A DNA stretch of 35,186 nt, from sequence record DRR378314_2328. One strand, 5' to 3'. Numbering within the stretch: the first letter of the stretch is position 1; each line of letters starts with the position of its first letter. This document shows positions 1 through 9,892 of the stretch, in pieces. The notes under the pieces were generated by a model. It saw only the letters and a list, made by a program, of their open reading frames with translations. It was not told the DNA's origin and searched no databases. A program made the translations under genes and the position numbers.

Positions 1-2
1 TT

Positions 3-467
3 GGCGAGCGAGCAACGACAGACAGCAAGGCAGAGGCCCCCATTGCCCTGACCGCCGAGGATGAAGCCAACCTTGATGCCTACGTCGATAAAATACAGGA
101 AACGGTTGCGATCCTGCGCAAGGAGATCACCGCAATCAATGAAGGTGAACTTGAAGTCATCAGCAACGTGTTTGAGGAAAAGTCAAAAATTCTGAAATGG
201 CTTGAGCTGCGCACGCCACTGGTTGAACCTTTCCTGAACCACGACATTGCCAGAAAGTTGAAAATCAAAGAGCATCTTGGTGAGCTCAGAAAATATATCG
301 AAGAAGACGGTGTAATGTTGTCACGCATGGCAGTTGCTGCCCGGACGATCTTGCGGGAGGTAGAAAAAGTCAGCAACCGCAATGAGTTGGGGAACGTCTA
401 CGGGAAGTCCGGCAAGAAGATGAGCGCAAATTCCAGCGGCGCACCAGGTATTGATCGCGAGTTTTGA
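3..467 (+). CDS. FlgN-like flagellar export chaperone (5'-truncated by window edge)
   Basis: Frame 3 is open from base 3 to TGA 467. Helical protein ending in VYGKSG, like the alphaproteobacterial FlgN tail, directly upstream of flagellin. Family call is an inference. Confidence 0.55.
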   Translation, partial: GERATTDSKAEAPIALTAEDEANLDAYVDKIQETVAILRKEITAINEGELEVISNVFEEKSKILKWLELRTPLVEPFLNHDIARKLKIKEHLGELRKYIEEDGVMLSRMAVAARTILREVEKVSNRNELGNVYGKSGKKMSANSSGAPGIDREF

Positions 468-495
468 TAGCTCGATTGGATAAAAACAGCATTCG

Positions 496-511
496 TTAAC
501 CGCCCGTTAAC
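496..511 (+). promoter_or_regulatory. CtrA binding box upstream of flagellin
   Basis: TTAA-ccgcccg-TTAAC is an exact match to the TTAA-N7-TTAAC CtrA consensus, followed 9 bp later by a -10-like TAAAT. Confidence 0.85.
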
Positions 512-595
512 CTCAACGCCTAAATGAGTTTTGCTGGCGTAATGCCTGCCTCAGTCAGAAGACTGAAAAGACTAGAGAACCAAGGAGAACATTAA

Positions 596-1417
596 ATGTC
601 GTCCATTCTCACCAATAACTCCGCCATGGTCGCACTTGCGTCGCTTACAGACGTGAACCGCAACCTGAACGAAACTCAAACCCGTATTTCCACCGGCCTG
701 TCGATCCGCTCCGGTAAAGAAAACGCCGCCTATTTCTCGGTTTCCGAGACTATGAAGGGTGACAGCGCTACTTTCAAAGCGCTGAATGACGGCATGACCG
801 CAACCAAGAACTCTGTTGCAACGGCCCGTCTTGGTGCCGAAACCGTCAAGGAACTGTCCCAACAGATCGTTGAACGTGTGGCATTTGCCCAAAGTGGCGG
901 CATTGATCCGGCTGACGTTCAGCTGGAAATTGACGCAATGGTTCTGAACATGCAGTCCGCCATCGACCAGTCGACCTTCAACGGTGACGACCTCGTGACA
1001 GGTGTGGCAGCAGTTACTGTTGTAACAGGTGTTTCGCGCGCCTCTGGCTCTTTCGCGACAACGTCGATCGACTTCAACTCAGTTGATCTTCAGGCCATTC
1101 AAACTGCGATGGCTGGCATCGACCTGGCAACCTCCACTGATTTGGAGGCCGATCTGGCAACTGTTGAAACCCAATTGGCAGCGTCAATTGATGCAGCAAC
1201 TTCTTTGGGCATCACCGAGAACACCCTGGAAGGCCAGATGATGTTCCTTGAAAGCCTGACCGACACCTTCGATTCCGGTGTTGGCTCAATGGTTGATGCG
1301 AATATGGAAGAAGAAGCCGCGCGTTTGCAGGCCTATCAGGTTCAGCAGCAGCTTGCGACACAGTCTCTGTCGATTGCAAACCAGTCGCCGCAGAACATCT
1401 TGAGCCTGTTCCGTTAA
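596..1417 (+). CDS. fliC: Flagellin (short, 273 aa)
   Basis: N-terminus SILTNNSAMVAL...RISTGL, C-terminus VDANMEEEAARLQAYQVQQQLATQSLSIANQSPQNILSLFR; RBS AAGGAG. Confidence 0.98.
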   Translation: MSSILTNNSAMVALASLTDVNRNLNETQTRISTGLSIRSGKENAAYFSVSETMKGDSATFKALNDGMTATKNSVATARLGAETVKELSQQIVERVAFAQSGGIDPADVQLEIDAMVLNMQSAIDQSTFNGDDLVTGVAAVTVVTGVSRASGSFATTSIDFNSVDLQAIQTAMAGIDLATSTDLEADLATVETQLAASIDAATSLGITENTLEGQMMFLESLTDTFDSGVGSMVDANMEEEAARLQAYQVQQQLATQSLSIANQSPQNILSLFR

Positions 1418-1512
1418 TTCGGGCTGATTTAAGTTCACACAACAGCCTCGCCCGGACATATGTGCCCCGGAGCAATCCACCCCACACCGGGCGAGGCATC
1501 TCTCTCATTATG

Positions 1513-1549
1513 AAACACCGACCTCCCTTTATTGGCAGGTCGGTGTTTT
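1513..1549. terminator. Bidirectional intrinsic terminator between convergent fliC and fliI
   Basis: Perfect 12-bp inverted repeat AAACACCGACCT (1513-1524) / AGGTCGGTGTTT (1537-1548) with A/T-rich ends. Confidence 0.75.
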
Positions 1550-2954
1550 AGCTCGTGGCACCTGGTTCGGCCTGCGGCACAGCGCCTTGCGCGCTGTCCT
1601 GTGCGAAAAACGCGCTTAGCGGATCCTCGATACCCGCCTGTAAGATCATTCGGTAAATTTCGGCAAAGCTTTGGCCAGCCGTGCTTTGCTCGCCGCGGCC
1701 CTGTGACAAATAGGGACTCATGGCCTGAAAAAGCAGAACCGCCTGATCCGTATCGGCATCAGAACCGGGTTTATATGCCCCCAGACGGATCAGATCCTCC
1801 ATATCCGCATAGCGGCCCAAGGCTTTGCGGGCGGTCTTTGTGATTTCATACTCTTCCGCAGAATGACAACCGGGCAACATGCGCGACAGGGATTTCTGTA
1901 AATCAATCGCCGGAAAGCGCCCCTGTTCGGCAATTTTACGGTCCAGCACCAAATGACCATCGACAATGCCGCGCACCGCATCGGCAATCGGTTCGTTCAT
2001 ATCATCGCCATCTACCAGAACCGTATAAATCGCCGTGATGTCACCCTCGCCCTGCCGCCCGGGGCCAGTACGCTCCAGTAGATGTGGCAGCTCACTGAAC
2101 ACCGACGGGGGATACCCGCGCAAGGTTGGCGGCTCGCCTCGCGCAAGGCCGATTTCACGCTGTGCCATGGCAAAACGGGTGACACTGTCCAACAGCAACA
2201 ACACCTGTTTGCCTTGGGATTTGAAATATTCGGCAATTGCTGTGGTGGTCAGGGCCGCCTGTTTGCGCAGCAGCGGGGCCTCATCCCCGGTCGAGACCAC
2301 AACGACCGCCCGCGCCATGCCTTCTGGTCCCAAATCTTCGCGGATGAACTGTTGAACTTCACGGCCGCGCTCCCCGATCAGGCCAATCACAATTACATCT
2401 GCATCGGTGTTGCGCGCCAGCATCGCCATCAATGTCGATTTCCCGACTCCAGAACCGGCAAATACCCCCATTCGCTGCCCGCGACACAGCGGTGTGAACA
2501 CATCCACGCATTTGATCTGGGTTTCGAGTTTTTCACCGACCTGTTTGCGTTCGAATGCCTTGGGGGGCTGCGCGGCGCGTGTGGATTTCTTGCGTGGCCG
2601 CGGAGCACGATCATATGATGACAGGGGCTGCCCCAAGGCATCCACAACGGTACCGATCCAGCTTTCATCGGGGTAGACCATATCGTCCAGCTCAATCAAT
2701 TCGACCGGATCACCAACTGCAACACCGTCCCATGCCCCAAAAGGCAGCACACATAAATCCGCCCCCTGCGCGCCGACAACCTGCCCGTCGACAGCCCCCT
2801 TGCGGCCAAACACACGGCATCGGCTGCCGATCCCGGCTACCGCCTCCAATCCACGTACCGTCAAGGTTAGCCCGACAATCGCTTTTGTACTGCCGACAAT
2901 TCGTGCACTTGCCGATGAATAGATCTTGTCTTGCATCTTCGCAAAGGTTTGCAT
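1548..2954 (-). CDS. fliI: Flagellar export ATPase FliI
   Basis: Walker A GVFAGSGVGKST, IGLIGERGREV, LLLLDSVTRFAMAQREIGL, GEPP..GYPPSVF. Confidence 0.97.
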   Translation of the reverse strand: MQTFAKMQDKIYSSASARIVGSTKAIVGLTLTVRGLEAVAGIGSRCRVFGRKGAVDGQVVGAQGADLCVLPFGAWDGVAVGDPVELIELDDMVYPDESWIGTVVDALGQPLSSYDRAPRPRKKSTRAAQPPKAFERKQVGEKLETQIKCVDVFTPLCRGQRMGVFAGSGVGKSTLMAMLARNTDADVIVIGLIGERGREVQQFIREDLGPEGMARAVVVVSTGDEAPLLRKQAALTTTAIAEYFKSQGKQVLLLLDSVTRFAMAQREIGLARGEPPTLRGYPPSVFSELPHLLERTGPGRQGEGDITAIYTVLVDGDDMNEPIADAVRGIVDGHLVLDRKIAEQGRFPAIDLQKSLSRMLPGCHSAEEYEITKTARKALGRYADMEDLIRLGAYKPGSDADTDQAVLLFQAMSPYLSQGRGEQSTAGQSFAEIYRMILQAGIEDPLSAFFAQDSAQGAVPQAEPGATS

Positions 2955-2977
2955 GGGATTAGAACTTTCCTATTCAT

Positions 2978-3005
2978 TTTATCCTTGTTATAAAGCAAGG
3001 ATAAA
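2978..3005. promoter_or_regulatory. Palindromic site in the divergent fliI/flgB promoter region
   Basis: TTTATCCTTG-N8-CAAGGATAAA, a perfect 10-bp inverted repeat in a 64-bp intergenic region. Confidence 0.55.
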
Positions 3006-3018
3006 TAGCGAGTCTACA

Positions 3019-3372
3019 ATGAATACTGAACAAACTTCTCTCTTTGATCTGGCCCCTCAGCGCCTGCAATGGCTTGCGAACCGCCAAAAGGTGGTTTCCG
3101 AGAATATTGCAAATGCCGACGTCAGCGGCGCGCGGGCCAAGGATGTTGAAAGCTTTGCCAGCTACCTGAGCCGCATTCGCGCAGGTGCCGCCCTGCCGGA
3201 AGCAGATGTAAAGGAAGCAGATGTGAGCTGGGGTGAAGATATGTCCGGCAACAACATCATACTGGAAGAGCAGATGATCGAAGCGAACTCAACCGCTTCG
3301 CAATTCAAGATTGCCGCCAACCTGTACCGCAAAGCACATGAAATGCTCTACACGGTCGCCGGCCGTCGCTAA
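3019..3372 (+). CDS. flgB: Flagellar basal-body rod protein FlgB
   Basis: WLANRQKVVSENIANAD and SGNNIILEEQM motifs. Start moved to ATG 3019 because the longer ORF overlaps the fliI start. Confidence 0.92.
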   Translation: MNTEQTSLFDLAPQRLQWLANRQKVVSENIANADVSGARAKDVESFASYLSRIRAGAALPEADVKEADVSWGEDMSGNNIILEEQMIEANSTASQFKIAANLYRKAHEMLYTVAGRR

Positions 3373-3390
3373 GCCTAAGGAACACGTCAA

Positions 3391-3801
3391 ATGGATCCTC
3401 TCAGCAGCATCGGAACAACCGCCGCCAGCGGCATGCGCGCGCAGGCCAGCCGCCTGCGCGTAGTGTCCGAAAACGTCGCCAACTCCAGCTCCACGGCACA
3501 GCAGCCGGGCGGAGATCCCTATCAGCGCAAGACCATGTCCTTTCACGCCACCACTGACGAACGCACAGGTGCCGCGATTGTTGAAACAGGCGATATCGGA
3601 CGGGACGAAAGCGCTTTTGAGTTGCGTTTCGATCCATCACACCCGGCGGCTGACGAAAACGGGTATATCAAACTTCCCAATGTTAACCCACTGATAGAAA
3701 TGAGTAATATGCGTGAAGCCTCCCGTAGTTACGAGGCGAACCTGTCGATGATGGAAAATGCCCGCGACATGCGCAGTCAGCTTGTCGATATGTTAAAGTA
3801 G
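3391..3801 (+). CDS. flgC: Flagellar basal-body rod protein FlgC
   Basis: ASGMRAQASRLRVVSENVAN, DPYQRK, FDPSHPAADENGYIKLPNVN, ASRSYEANL. Confidence 0.98.
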   Translation: MDPLSSIGTTAASGMRAQASRLRVVSENVANSSSTAQQPGGDPYQRKTMSFHATTDERTGAAIVETGDIGRDESAFELRFDPSHPAADENGYIKLPNVNPLIEMSNMREASRSYEANLSMMENARDMRSQLVDMLK

Positions 3802-3811
3802 GAAATATTTA

Positions 3812-4126
3812 ATGTCTGATTTTGCGGCCATCCGCTCCTCCTATGTCCAGGCAGCCTATTCCAAGGCGGCGGACACTAAACCAGCAACAAATGACGTAAA
3901 TCCAGCCACGGCTGATTTTTCCACCATGGTATCAAAGGCTGCGGCGCAGGCCGTTGATACCGTGCGCACTGGGGATCAGATGGCCATTGCCGGCCTAAAC
4001 GGTCAGGCAGGTTTGCAGCAGGTGGTAGAGGCAACCATGGCGATGGAAAGCACCGTTCAGGTTTCCGTCGCCCTGCGTGACAAGCTGGTCGAAGCCTATC
4101 AGGACATCATGCGCATGCCGATCTGA
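3812..4126 (+). CDS. fliE: Flagellar hook-basal body protein FliE
   Basis: C-terminal VALRDKLVEAYQDIMRMPI signature. Confidence 0.96.
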   Translation: MSDFAAIRSSYVQAAYSKAADTKPATNDVNPATADFSTMVSKAAAQAVDTVRTGDQMAIAGLNGQAGLQQVVEATMAMESTVQVSVALRDKLVEAYQDIMRMPI

Positions 4127-4161
4127 CAGGTTTTCTGTCGCTACAACACAAGGCCCATATA

Positions 4162-4431
4162 GTGGAACCCGTCGCAGCTTACGAAATCATCAGCCAGACG
4201 CTGACAGCGACGTTGCTGTCATCGGCCCCTGTGCTGGCCGTGGCCCTGATCGTGGGGCTGATGATCGCGTTTTTCCAAGCACTGACGCAAATTCAGGAAA
4301 TGACACTGACCTTCGTGCCCAAGATCGCAGCTATCTTTGTGACCATCGCCCTGTCCTTGCCTTTCATCTTTGGAACATTGACCCAGCTCACCGACCGGGT
4401 GTTTGACCTGATCGTGAATGGCGGTGTTTGA
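4162..4431 (+). CDS. fliQ: Flagellar export gate protein FliQ
   Basis: GLMIAFFQALTQIQEMTLTFVPK signature; 89 aa. Confidence 0.97.
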   Translation: MEPVAAYEIISQTLTATLLSSAPVLAVALIVGLMIAFFQALTQIQEMTLTFVPKIAAIFVTIALSLPFIFGTLTQLTDRVFDLIVNGGV

Positions 4432-4432
4432 A

Positions 4433-5227
4433 ATGGGCTGGCGCAAAACAACCGGCCTGATTTTGGCTTTCGGCGTTTCCGCCACCAGCGTTTGCGCGGA
4501 AAGCACGGCGGGCTGGCTTGGCTTTTACCGGCCAACGGTCACGCAAACCACGACCGCAGCGCCCCCTGTATCGTCGCAAGTGTGCCTGCAGGAAATTCTA
4601 AAGGCGCAAGCCCGCTACAACATTCCTGACAACCTGCTGCTGGCCATTGGTATCCAAGAAGCAGGGCGGCGGGTGAACGGGGAAATCACCATTTGGCCAT
4701 GGACCGCAAATGCGCGGGGCAAAGGCGTCTTTTTCGACACCAAACAGGATCTTGAGACATGGGTGCGGCAAACGCAGTCATCCGTGACGCAATCGGTTGA
4801 TGTGGGTTGTATGCAGGTTAATCAGAAATGGCATGCCCGGCAGTTCTCTTCTCTGGAAGAGGCAACAGACCCGAAATCAAACGTCGATTACGCCGCGCGT
4901 TTTCTGTTAAGCCTGTATCGCGAAACCCGCGACTGGTGGCAGGCGGCCGGGCGGTATCACTCCTCCACGGAAAGCTATAAATCCGTTTACCTGCAAAAGC
5001 TCGGCCAGAACCAAAAGCTGGCAAACCGGCACGTCTCAGCTTTCGCAAAACAGGGGACCCGCCGCCAGGCAGAGCCTGTGCAAGTTGCCCAAGCGCCTTG
5101 GTATGCGCCTGCGGTAAACTGGACGTCGGACATGACCGGCACCCAAGGCACGGCGCGGAAGGTCATGTCGATCTACTCAAGCGCACCATTGCAGGCCGTT
5201 CTGCCCAACTATGCGCGGGCGGATTAA
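4433..5227 (+). CDS. Flagellar lytic transglycosylase (SLT domain, SltF-like)
   Basis: Signal-peptide-like N-terminus; LLLAIGIQEAG (catalytic Glu), DVGCMQVN, NVDYAARFL, AAGRYHS; lies directly before flhA. Confidence 0.88.
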   Translation: MGWRKTTGLILAFGVSATSVCAESTAGWLGFYRPTVTQTTTAAPPVSSQVCLQEILKAQARYNIPDNLLLAIGIQEAGRRVNGEITIWPWTANARGKGVFFDTKQDLETWVRQTQSSVTQSVDVGCMQVNQKWHARQFSSLEEATDPKSNVDYAARFLLSLYRETRDWWQAAGRYHSSTESYKSVYLQKLGQNQKLANRHVSAFAKQGTRRQAEPVQVAQAPWYAPAVNWTSDMTGTQGTARKVMSIYSSAPLQAVLPNYARAD

Positions 5228-5228
5228 G

Positions 5229-7328
5229 ATGGCCGTGAATGAGACCAGCACCAGCCCATTCCAACTAAGCGGATTGCTGAAATTCGGGCATAGCAACCGC
5301 GATATCGGGTTTGCCATCGGCGTTGTGCTTATTCTGGGGATGCTGTTTGTCCCTCTGCCCCCGTTTCTACTGGACCTCGGATTGGCAATTTCCCTGTCGC
5401 TTTCCGTGTTGATCCTGATGGTGGCGCTGTGGATTGGCACACCACTTGAGTTCAACTCTTTCCCGACACTGCTGCTGGTGGTGACGATGTTGCGACTGGC
5501 GCTGAACGTATCGTCCACGCGCCTGATCCTTAGCGAAGGGCATAATGGCCCCGGTGCAGCCGGCAACGTGATCGAAGGATTTGCACGGTTCATTGTTGGC
5601 GGCGACTTTGTCATTGGCATTATTGTTTTCACCATTCTGGTGATCATCAACTTCATCGTCATCACCAAGGGGTCAACCCGCATCGCCGAAGTTGCCGCAC
5701 GGTTCTCGCTTGATGCGATGCCCGGCAAACAGATGGCGATTGATGCCGATCTGGCCGCAGGGGCGATCACCGAGGAAGATGCCAAGCTGCGCCGCAAGAC
5801 TGTCGAAGAAGAAAGTTCATTTTTCGGAGCCATGGACGGCGCATCCAAATTTGTGCGCGGGGATGCTGTTGCAGGGCTGATCATCACCCTGATTAACGTG
5901 TTCGGGGGCATTCTGATCGGGATGATGAGCCACGATCTGAGCGTCGGCGAAGCGATGAGCAATTACACCGTCCTGACCATCGGCGACGGTCTGGTTACAC
6001 AAATTCCGGCATTGATTGTCTCTCTTGCGGCGGGCCTGCTGGTCACCAAAGGTGGCACCCATGGCGCGGCAAACGTTGCGGTTCTGGGTCAGCTCAGCAA
6101 CTTCCCCAAAGCGCTATATATGGCGGCGGTTCTGACCTTCTGCATTGGCTGGCTGCCCGGTTTCCCGCTCTTCATCTTCCTGCCCATGTCCGTTGGATTG
6201 GCTGCCTTTGGTTATAGCATGCAAGGTCAAGTCGCCGAAAACGAGGCAAAGGCCAAACAGCTTGAGCTGGAAAAAGAGACCCCGCCAGCAGCGCAGGAAG
6301 ACACCATGTCAGAAATGCTGCGCGTTGACGATGTGCGGCTGGATCTGGGAACGGCTCTGGTGCCGATGATCACCTCGAACAATGCCGCTCTACCCGGCAA
6401 GGTCAAAAGCCTGCGGTCGCTGTTTATCAAGGACTTTGGCTTTGTCCTGCCCATGGTGCGGATCAAGGACAATACCGATCTGCCACCCATGACTTATTCG
6501 ATTTCCCTGCAAGGCGTCGAAGCCGCGCGCGGTGAGGTCGATCCAATCATGATGATGGTTATCAATCCTACAGGAGAAGACATTGATCTGCCGGGCAAAC
6601 GCACCCGCGAACCGACCTTCGGACTGGAAGCGATCTGGGTGGACGAGGCCCGCGCCTCGGAAGCGGAGCTGCAGGGGCTGACCGTTGTGGACCCGGAAAG
6701 CGTGATCACCACCCATCTGACCGAAGTGATCAAGGAACATATGCCTGAAATCCTGACCTATGCAGCCACGCAAGAGCTGATCGAAGGACAGGAAAAGGAC
6801 TATCAGAAGCTTCTTGCCGACAGTTCCAACAGCAACCCTGCCGTGACCTTGCAACATGTTTTGCAGGCCCTGCTGGCCGAACGGATTTCAATTCGCAACC
6901 TGCCCAAGATCATCGAGGCCGTTGCCGAAGCCAGCGCCAATACCAAGAACATCCGGGCCGTGATTGAGCATGCACGGGGCAAGCTGGCCAAGCAGATTTG
7001 TCATTCGCTGGTCGATGCACAGGGCTATGTGCCTGTGATCAATCTGGCCGGTGCGTGGGAGACCGAGCTGATCAACGCGATCTCGACGTCAAACGGCGAG
7101 GAAACATTCCTTATGTCCCCCTCGCGGGTACAGGAGTTTGTACTGGAAATGCGCAAGGAAATTCAAAAGTTTTCTTCCGCAGATGAATGGCCTGCCATTT
7201 TGGTCACCCCACGTGCCCGGCCCTATGTACGCTCCATTCTGGAGCGCGTCAGCCCGATGACACAGGTGATTTCCCATAACGAGGTCCACCGCAAGGCATC
7301 GCTACGCACTGTCGGCACTGTCGGGTGA
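5229..7328 (+). CDS. flhA: Flagellar export protein FlhA
   Basis: FPTLLL..TMLRLALNVSSTRLIL, RIAEVAARFSLDAMPGKQMAIDADL, FFGAMDGASKFVRGDA. Confidence 0.98.
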   Translation: MAVNETSTSPFQLSGLLKFGHSNRDIGFAIGVVLILGMLFVPLPPFLLDLGLAISLSLSVLILMVALWIGTPLEFNSFPTLLLVVTMLRLALNVSSTRLILSEGHNGPGAAGNVIEGFARFIVGGDFVIGIIVFTILVIINFIVITKGSTRIAEVAARFSLDAMPGKQMAIDADLAAGAITEEDAKLRRKTVEEESSFFGAMDGASKFVRGDAVAGLIITLINVFGGILIGMMSHDLSVGEAMSNYTVLTIGDGLVTQIPALIVSLAAGLLVTKGGTHGAANVAVLGQLSNFPKALYMAAVLTFCIGWLPGFPLFIFLPMSVGLAAFGYSMQGQVAENEAKAKQLELEKETPPAAQEDTMSEMLRVDDVRLDLGTALVPMITSNNAALPGKVKSLRSLFIKDFGFVLPMVRIKDNTDLPPMTYSISLQGVEAARGEVDPIMMMVINPTGEDIDLPGKRTREPTFGLEAIWVDEARASEAELQGLTVVDPESVITTHLTEVIKEHMPEILTYAATQELIEGQEKDYQKLLADSSNSNPAVTLQHVLQALLAERISIRNLPKIIEAVAEASANTKNIRAVIEHARGKLAKQICHSLVDAQGYVPVINLAGAWETELINAISTSNGEETFLMSPSRVQEFVLEMRKEIQKFSSADEWPAILVTPRARPYVRSILERVSPMTQVISHNEVHRKASLRTVGTVG

Positions 7329-7334
7329 TGGCCG

Positions 7335-8090
7335 ATGTCGCTTGATACATTTGTCACCTCGCTGTTCTTTTCCTATTTCGTTGTTTTTGCCCGCCTCGGA
7401 TCTGCGCTGATCTTTATGCCCGCCTTTGGCGAGGTGCAGGTTCCGGTCCGCGCACGCCTGTCTTTCGCGGTTGTGCTTTGTGCCGCGCTGCTGCCGATGA
7501 CGCCGGTACAGGCGGCAATGCCCACCGCCCCAGTGGCCGTTGCGGTGATGTTGGCGATCGAGGTGACCATCGGCCTGTGGATTGGGCTGACCGCGCGGAT
7601 ACTGCTGTCTGCACTGCAATTTGCAGGCTTTCAGGCGGGGCAGGTTTCAGGCCTGGCAAATGCCTTTGGCCCCTCCTTCGGATCCTTTGAGGGAGCGACA
7701 ATGGTGGCAACGCTGATGTTGATCACCGCAGTTGCCATGATCTTTATCACCGATACGCATCACATTATTTTGCGGGCCTTGCTGTCCAGCTATGTGGTTT
7801 TCCCGCCCGGACAGATCATGATGGCCGATTTGACTGACCAGATCCTCAAAGCCGCAGGTCAAAGCCTCTATATCGGCACCGCCATCGCGGCCCCGTTTTT
7901 CATCATGGGCGTGGTATTGAACCTTGGCATGGGGCTGGCCAACCGGATGATGCCACAGCTGCCGGTGTTCTTTGTCGCCGCGCCTTTGTTAATCGGGGCG
8001 GGCCTGTTGATCCTAGCCATGTCGATGCCGACGATCCTTGATTTCTACATCTCGGAGTTTCGCGCATGGCTGGGCGGATTTAAGTTCTGA
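7335..8090 (+). CDS. fliR: Flagellar export gate protein FliR
   Basis: Hydrophobic 251 aa; FARLG..MPAFGE..VP.R.R, GLANRMMPQLPVFFVAAP. Confidence 0.96.
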   Translation: MSLDTFVTSLFFSYFVVFARLGSALIFMPAFGEVQVPVRARLSFAVVLCAALLPMTPVQAAMPTAPVAVAVMLAIEVTIGLWIGLTARILLSALQFAGFQAGQVSGLANAFGPSFGSFEGATMVATLMLITAVAMIFITDTHHIILRALLSSYVVFPPGQIMMADLTDQILKAAGQSLYIGTAIAAPFFIMGVVLNLGMGLANRMMPQLPVFFVAAPLLIGAGLLILAMSMPTILDFYISEFRAWLGGFKF

Positions 8091-8092
8091 CC

Positions 8093-9220
8093 ATGGCAGA
8101 GAACAACGACAGTACAGAAAAGACCCTAGAACCCACCGAGAAGAAGCTACAGGACGCCCGCAAGAAAGGGGATGTGCCTTCTTCCAAAGAGACCGGCAAT
8201 ATGATGGTCGTTCTTGCCCTTTTGGGGATCATCGCATTCGTTCTGCCGCTTCAGACCCCCAAGGTGATGGATGCTCTTTATGGGTTGATCGAACAATCCA
8301 CCACATTGACGGTAGGGACAGGCACCACCGGCGTTACGCGTCTGGGTGAGATCATGCGCGACTTTGCCCTAAGCATCGCAATTGCCATTGCCCCTATGTT
8401 TGCCGTGCTGCTGGCCGGGGCCGCTGTTGGTGCTGTTATTCAGGGGGAGACAGTTGTCTCGCTGGAGCGTATCCGCCCCAAGCTTTCGAAACTCTCTCCC
8501 GCGCAGGGGCTGAAACGCCTGTTCTCGGCCAACTCCATGGTCGAGTTTCTGAAAAGCATCATAAAGGTGTTTGCGGTTGGCGGCTTTGCCATCTGGTTCA
8601 CCCTTGAAGCCGTGCAGAAGGTCTGGATGATGTCCGGGTTTCTGCCCGAATACCTGCCCGGCTACCTCGTGGCGGCCTCGCGCAAGCTGCTGCTGGCGGC
8701 AGCGCTGTTTCTGGTACCCATCGCAATTGCTGATATTCTGTGGCGCAGGTTTGACTGGCGCAAGAAACAGCGGATGAGCCAAAAGGACCTGCGCGACGAA
8801 ATGAAGGAAAGCGAAGGGTCACCGGAAATCCGCACCCAACGGGCACGCCGCCGGCGCGAGCTTTCGCGTCAGCGCACCCTTGCTGTTGTGCCGATTGCCA
8901 ACGTCATTCTAACCAACCCCACACATTATTCCGTGGCGCTGAAATATGATCCTGACATCGACATGGCACCGGTCTGTATCGCCAAGGGCGCAGACCTCGT
9001 GGCGCTGCGCATCCGGGAGGTTGCTTTTGAACATGACATTCCGATTGTTGAGAATAAACCACTGGCGCGCATGTTGTTCGACACGGTCGAGATTGATCAG
9101 GTCGTGCCGGTCGAACATTGGGAAATTGTCGCCGAGATCATCAGCTTTGTTTTTGCCCTGAACGAAAACAAACCACATGTTGCGCCGGAAGGATCAACCT
9201 TGCGGCGCAAACCGGACTAG
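8093..9220 (+). CDS. flhB: Flagellar export switch protein FlhB
   Basis: EKT.EPT.KKL.DARKKG, MS..D.RDE.KESEG.PEI, intact NPTH autocleavage motif. Confidence 0.97.
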   Translation: MAENNDSTEKTLEPTEKKLQDARKKGDVPSSKETGNMMVVLALLGIIAFVLPLQTPKVMDALYGLIEQSTTLTVGTGTTGVTRLGEIMRDFALSIAIAIAPMFAVLLAGAAVGAVIQGETVVSLERIRPKLSKLSPAQGLKRLFSANSMVEFLKSIIKVFAVGGFAIWFTLEAVQKVWMMSGFLPEYLPGYLVAASRKLLLAAALFLVPIAIADILWRRFDWRKKQRMSQKDLRDEMKESEGSPEIRTQRARRRRELSRQRTLAVVPIANVILTNPTHYSVALKYDPDIDMAPVCIAKGADLVALRIREVAFEHDIPIVENKPLARMLFDTVEIDQVVPVEHWEIVAEIISFVFALNENKPHVAPEGSTLRRKPD

Positions 9221-9235
9221 GATCAACACCCTAAC

Positions 9236-9889
9236 TTAATTCAATTTGATACCCACAAGATCCTGATCACCGGGAAGCTGTGACCGTTCCAGAATGATCT
9301 TTGAAACAGCGCGCGCGCGAACCGGCGATACCTTAGCCATGATCGGTGCCGCGCTGCGCGGGTTCATGGTGCCAAGGATCATGATCGTGGTCTCAATATC
9401 CAAATCATCAATGATGCGTGCCGCATCAGCGGGTTTCATATTCTTGTAGAACGAAATCAGGCGCGACAAATCTTCTGTCTGCAATGCTTCCACCTGTGCA
9501 AGCAGGGTCTCGATTGAGGTTTTCAGCTCTGTCAAAGATGCTTTCTCAACCCGCAGGCGTTCCTCCGACAAGGCAATCTCTGCCAGCCGCTTTTCCATAT
9601 CCGCCTTTTGCTGCGCCACCAGCTCCCGTTCGCGGGTCAGCGACTGGAGGATCTCCTCTGGCGTATCCAGCTTGCCCGGAGCCACCGGAAGATCCTCAAC
9701 CAAGGGCGGCGAATCCGTCGCGGATTCCAATGTCGCCTCTACCTTGTCAGCAGCATTCACAACACCAATGTCTTTCACCGGTGCTACATCCCTGAGGGAC
9801 GGCAATTCCGGGAAAGACAGCGCTGCCTTGGCAAAAACCATTACCCCCAAACCGACAAGGATCATCCGTCCGCTCAACAGGTTTCGCAT
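9236..9889 (-). CDS. motE: MotE-family protein (coiled coil plus MgtE_N-like C-terminus)
   Basis: N-terminal hydrophobic segment, coiled coil, then RLISFYKNMKPADAARII...MNPRSAAPIMAK..P.RA, typical of MotE homologs. Confidence 0.75.
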   Translation of the reverse strand: MRNLLSGRMILVGLGVMVFAKAALSFPELPSLRDVAPVKDIGVVNAADKVEATLESATDSPPLVEDLPVAPGKLDTPEEILQSLTRERELVAQQKADMEKRLAEIALSEERLRVEKASLTELKTSIETLLAQVEALQTEDLSRLISFYKNMKPADAARIIDDLDIETTIMILGTMNPRSAAPIMAKVSPVRARAVSKIILERSQLPGDQDLVGIKLN

Positions 9890-9892
9890 GGC

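Noticed and set aside
2926-3018. Extended N-termini in the ORF track for flgB, flbT, DUF1217, motA, LysR and the OmpR regulator
   Set aside because: The extensions overlap neighbouring genes or promoters; downstream starts fit family lengths and, in several cases, RBS placement.
5177-5962. 261-aa antisense ORF over flhA, and similar long antisense ORFs over fliF (12470-13099), fliG (16061-16681), fliM (9915-10745) and flbT/flaF (17658-18428)
   Set aside because: Shadow frames of well-conserved genes in GC-rich DNA, with no recognisable motifs.
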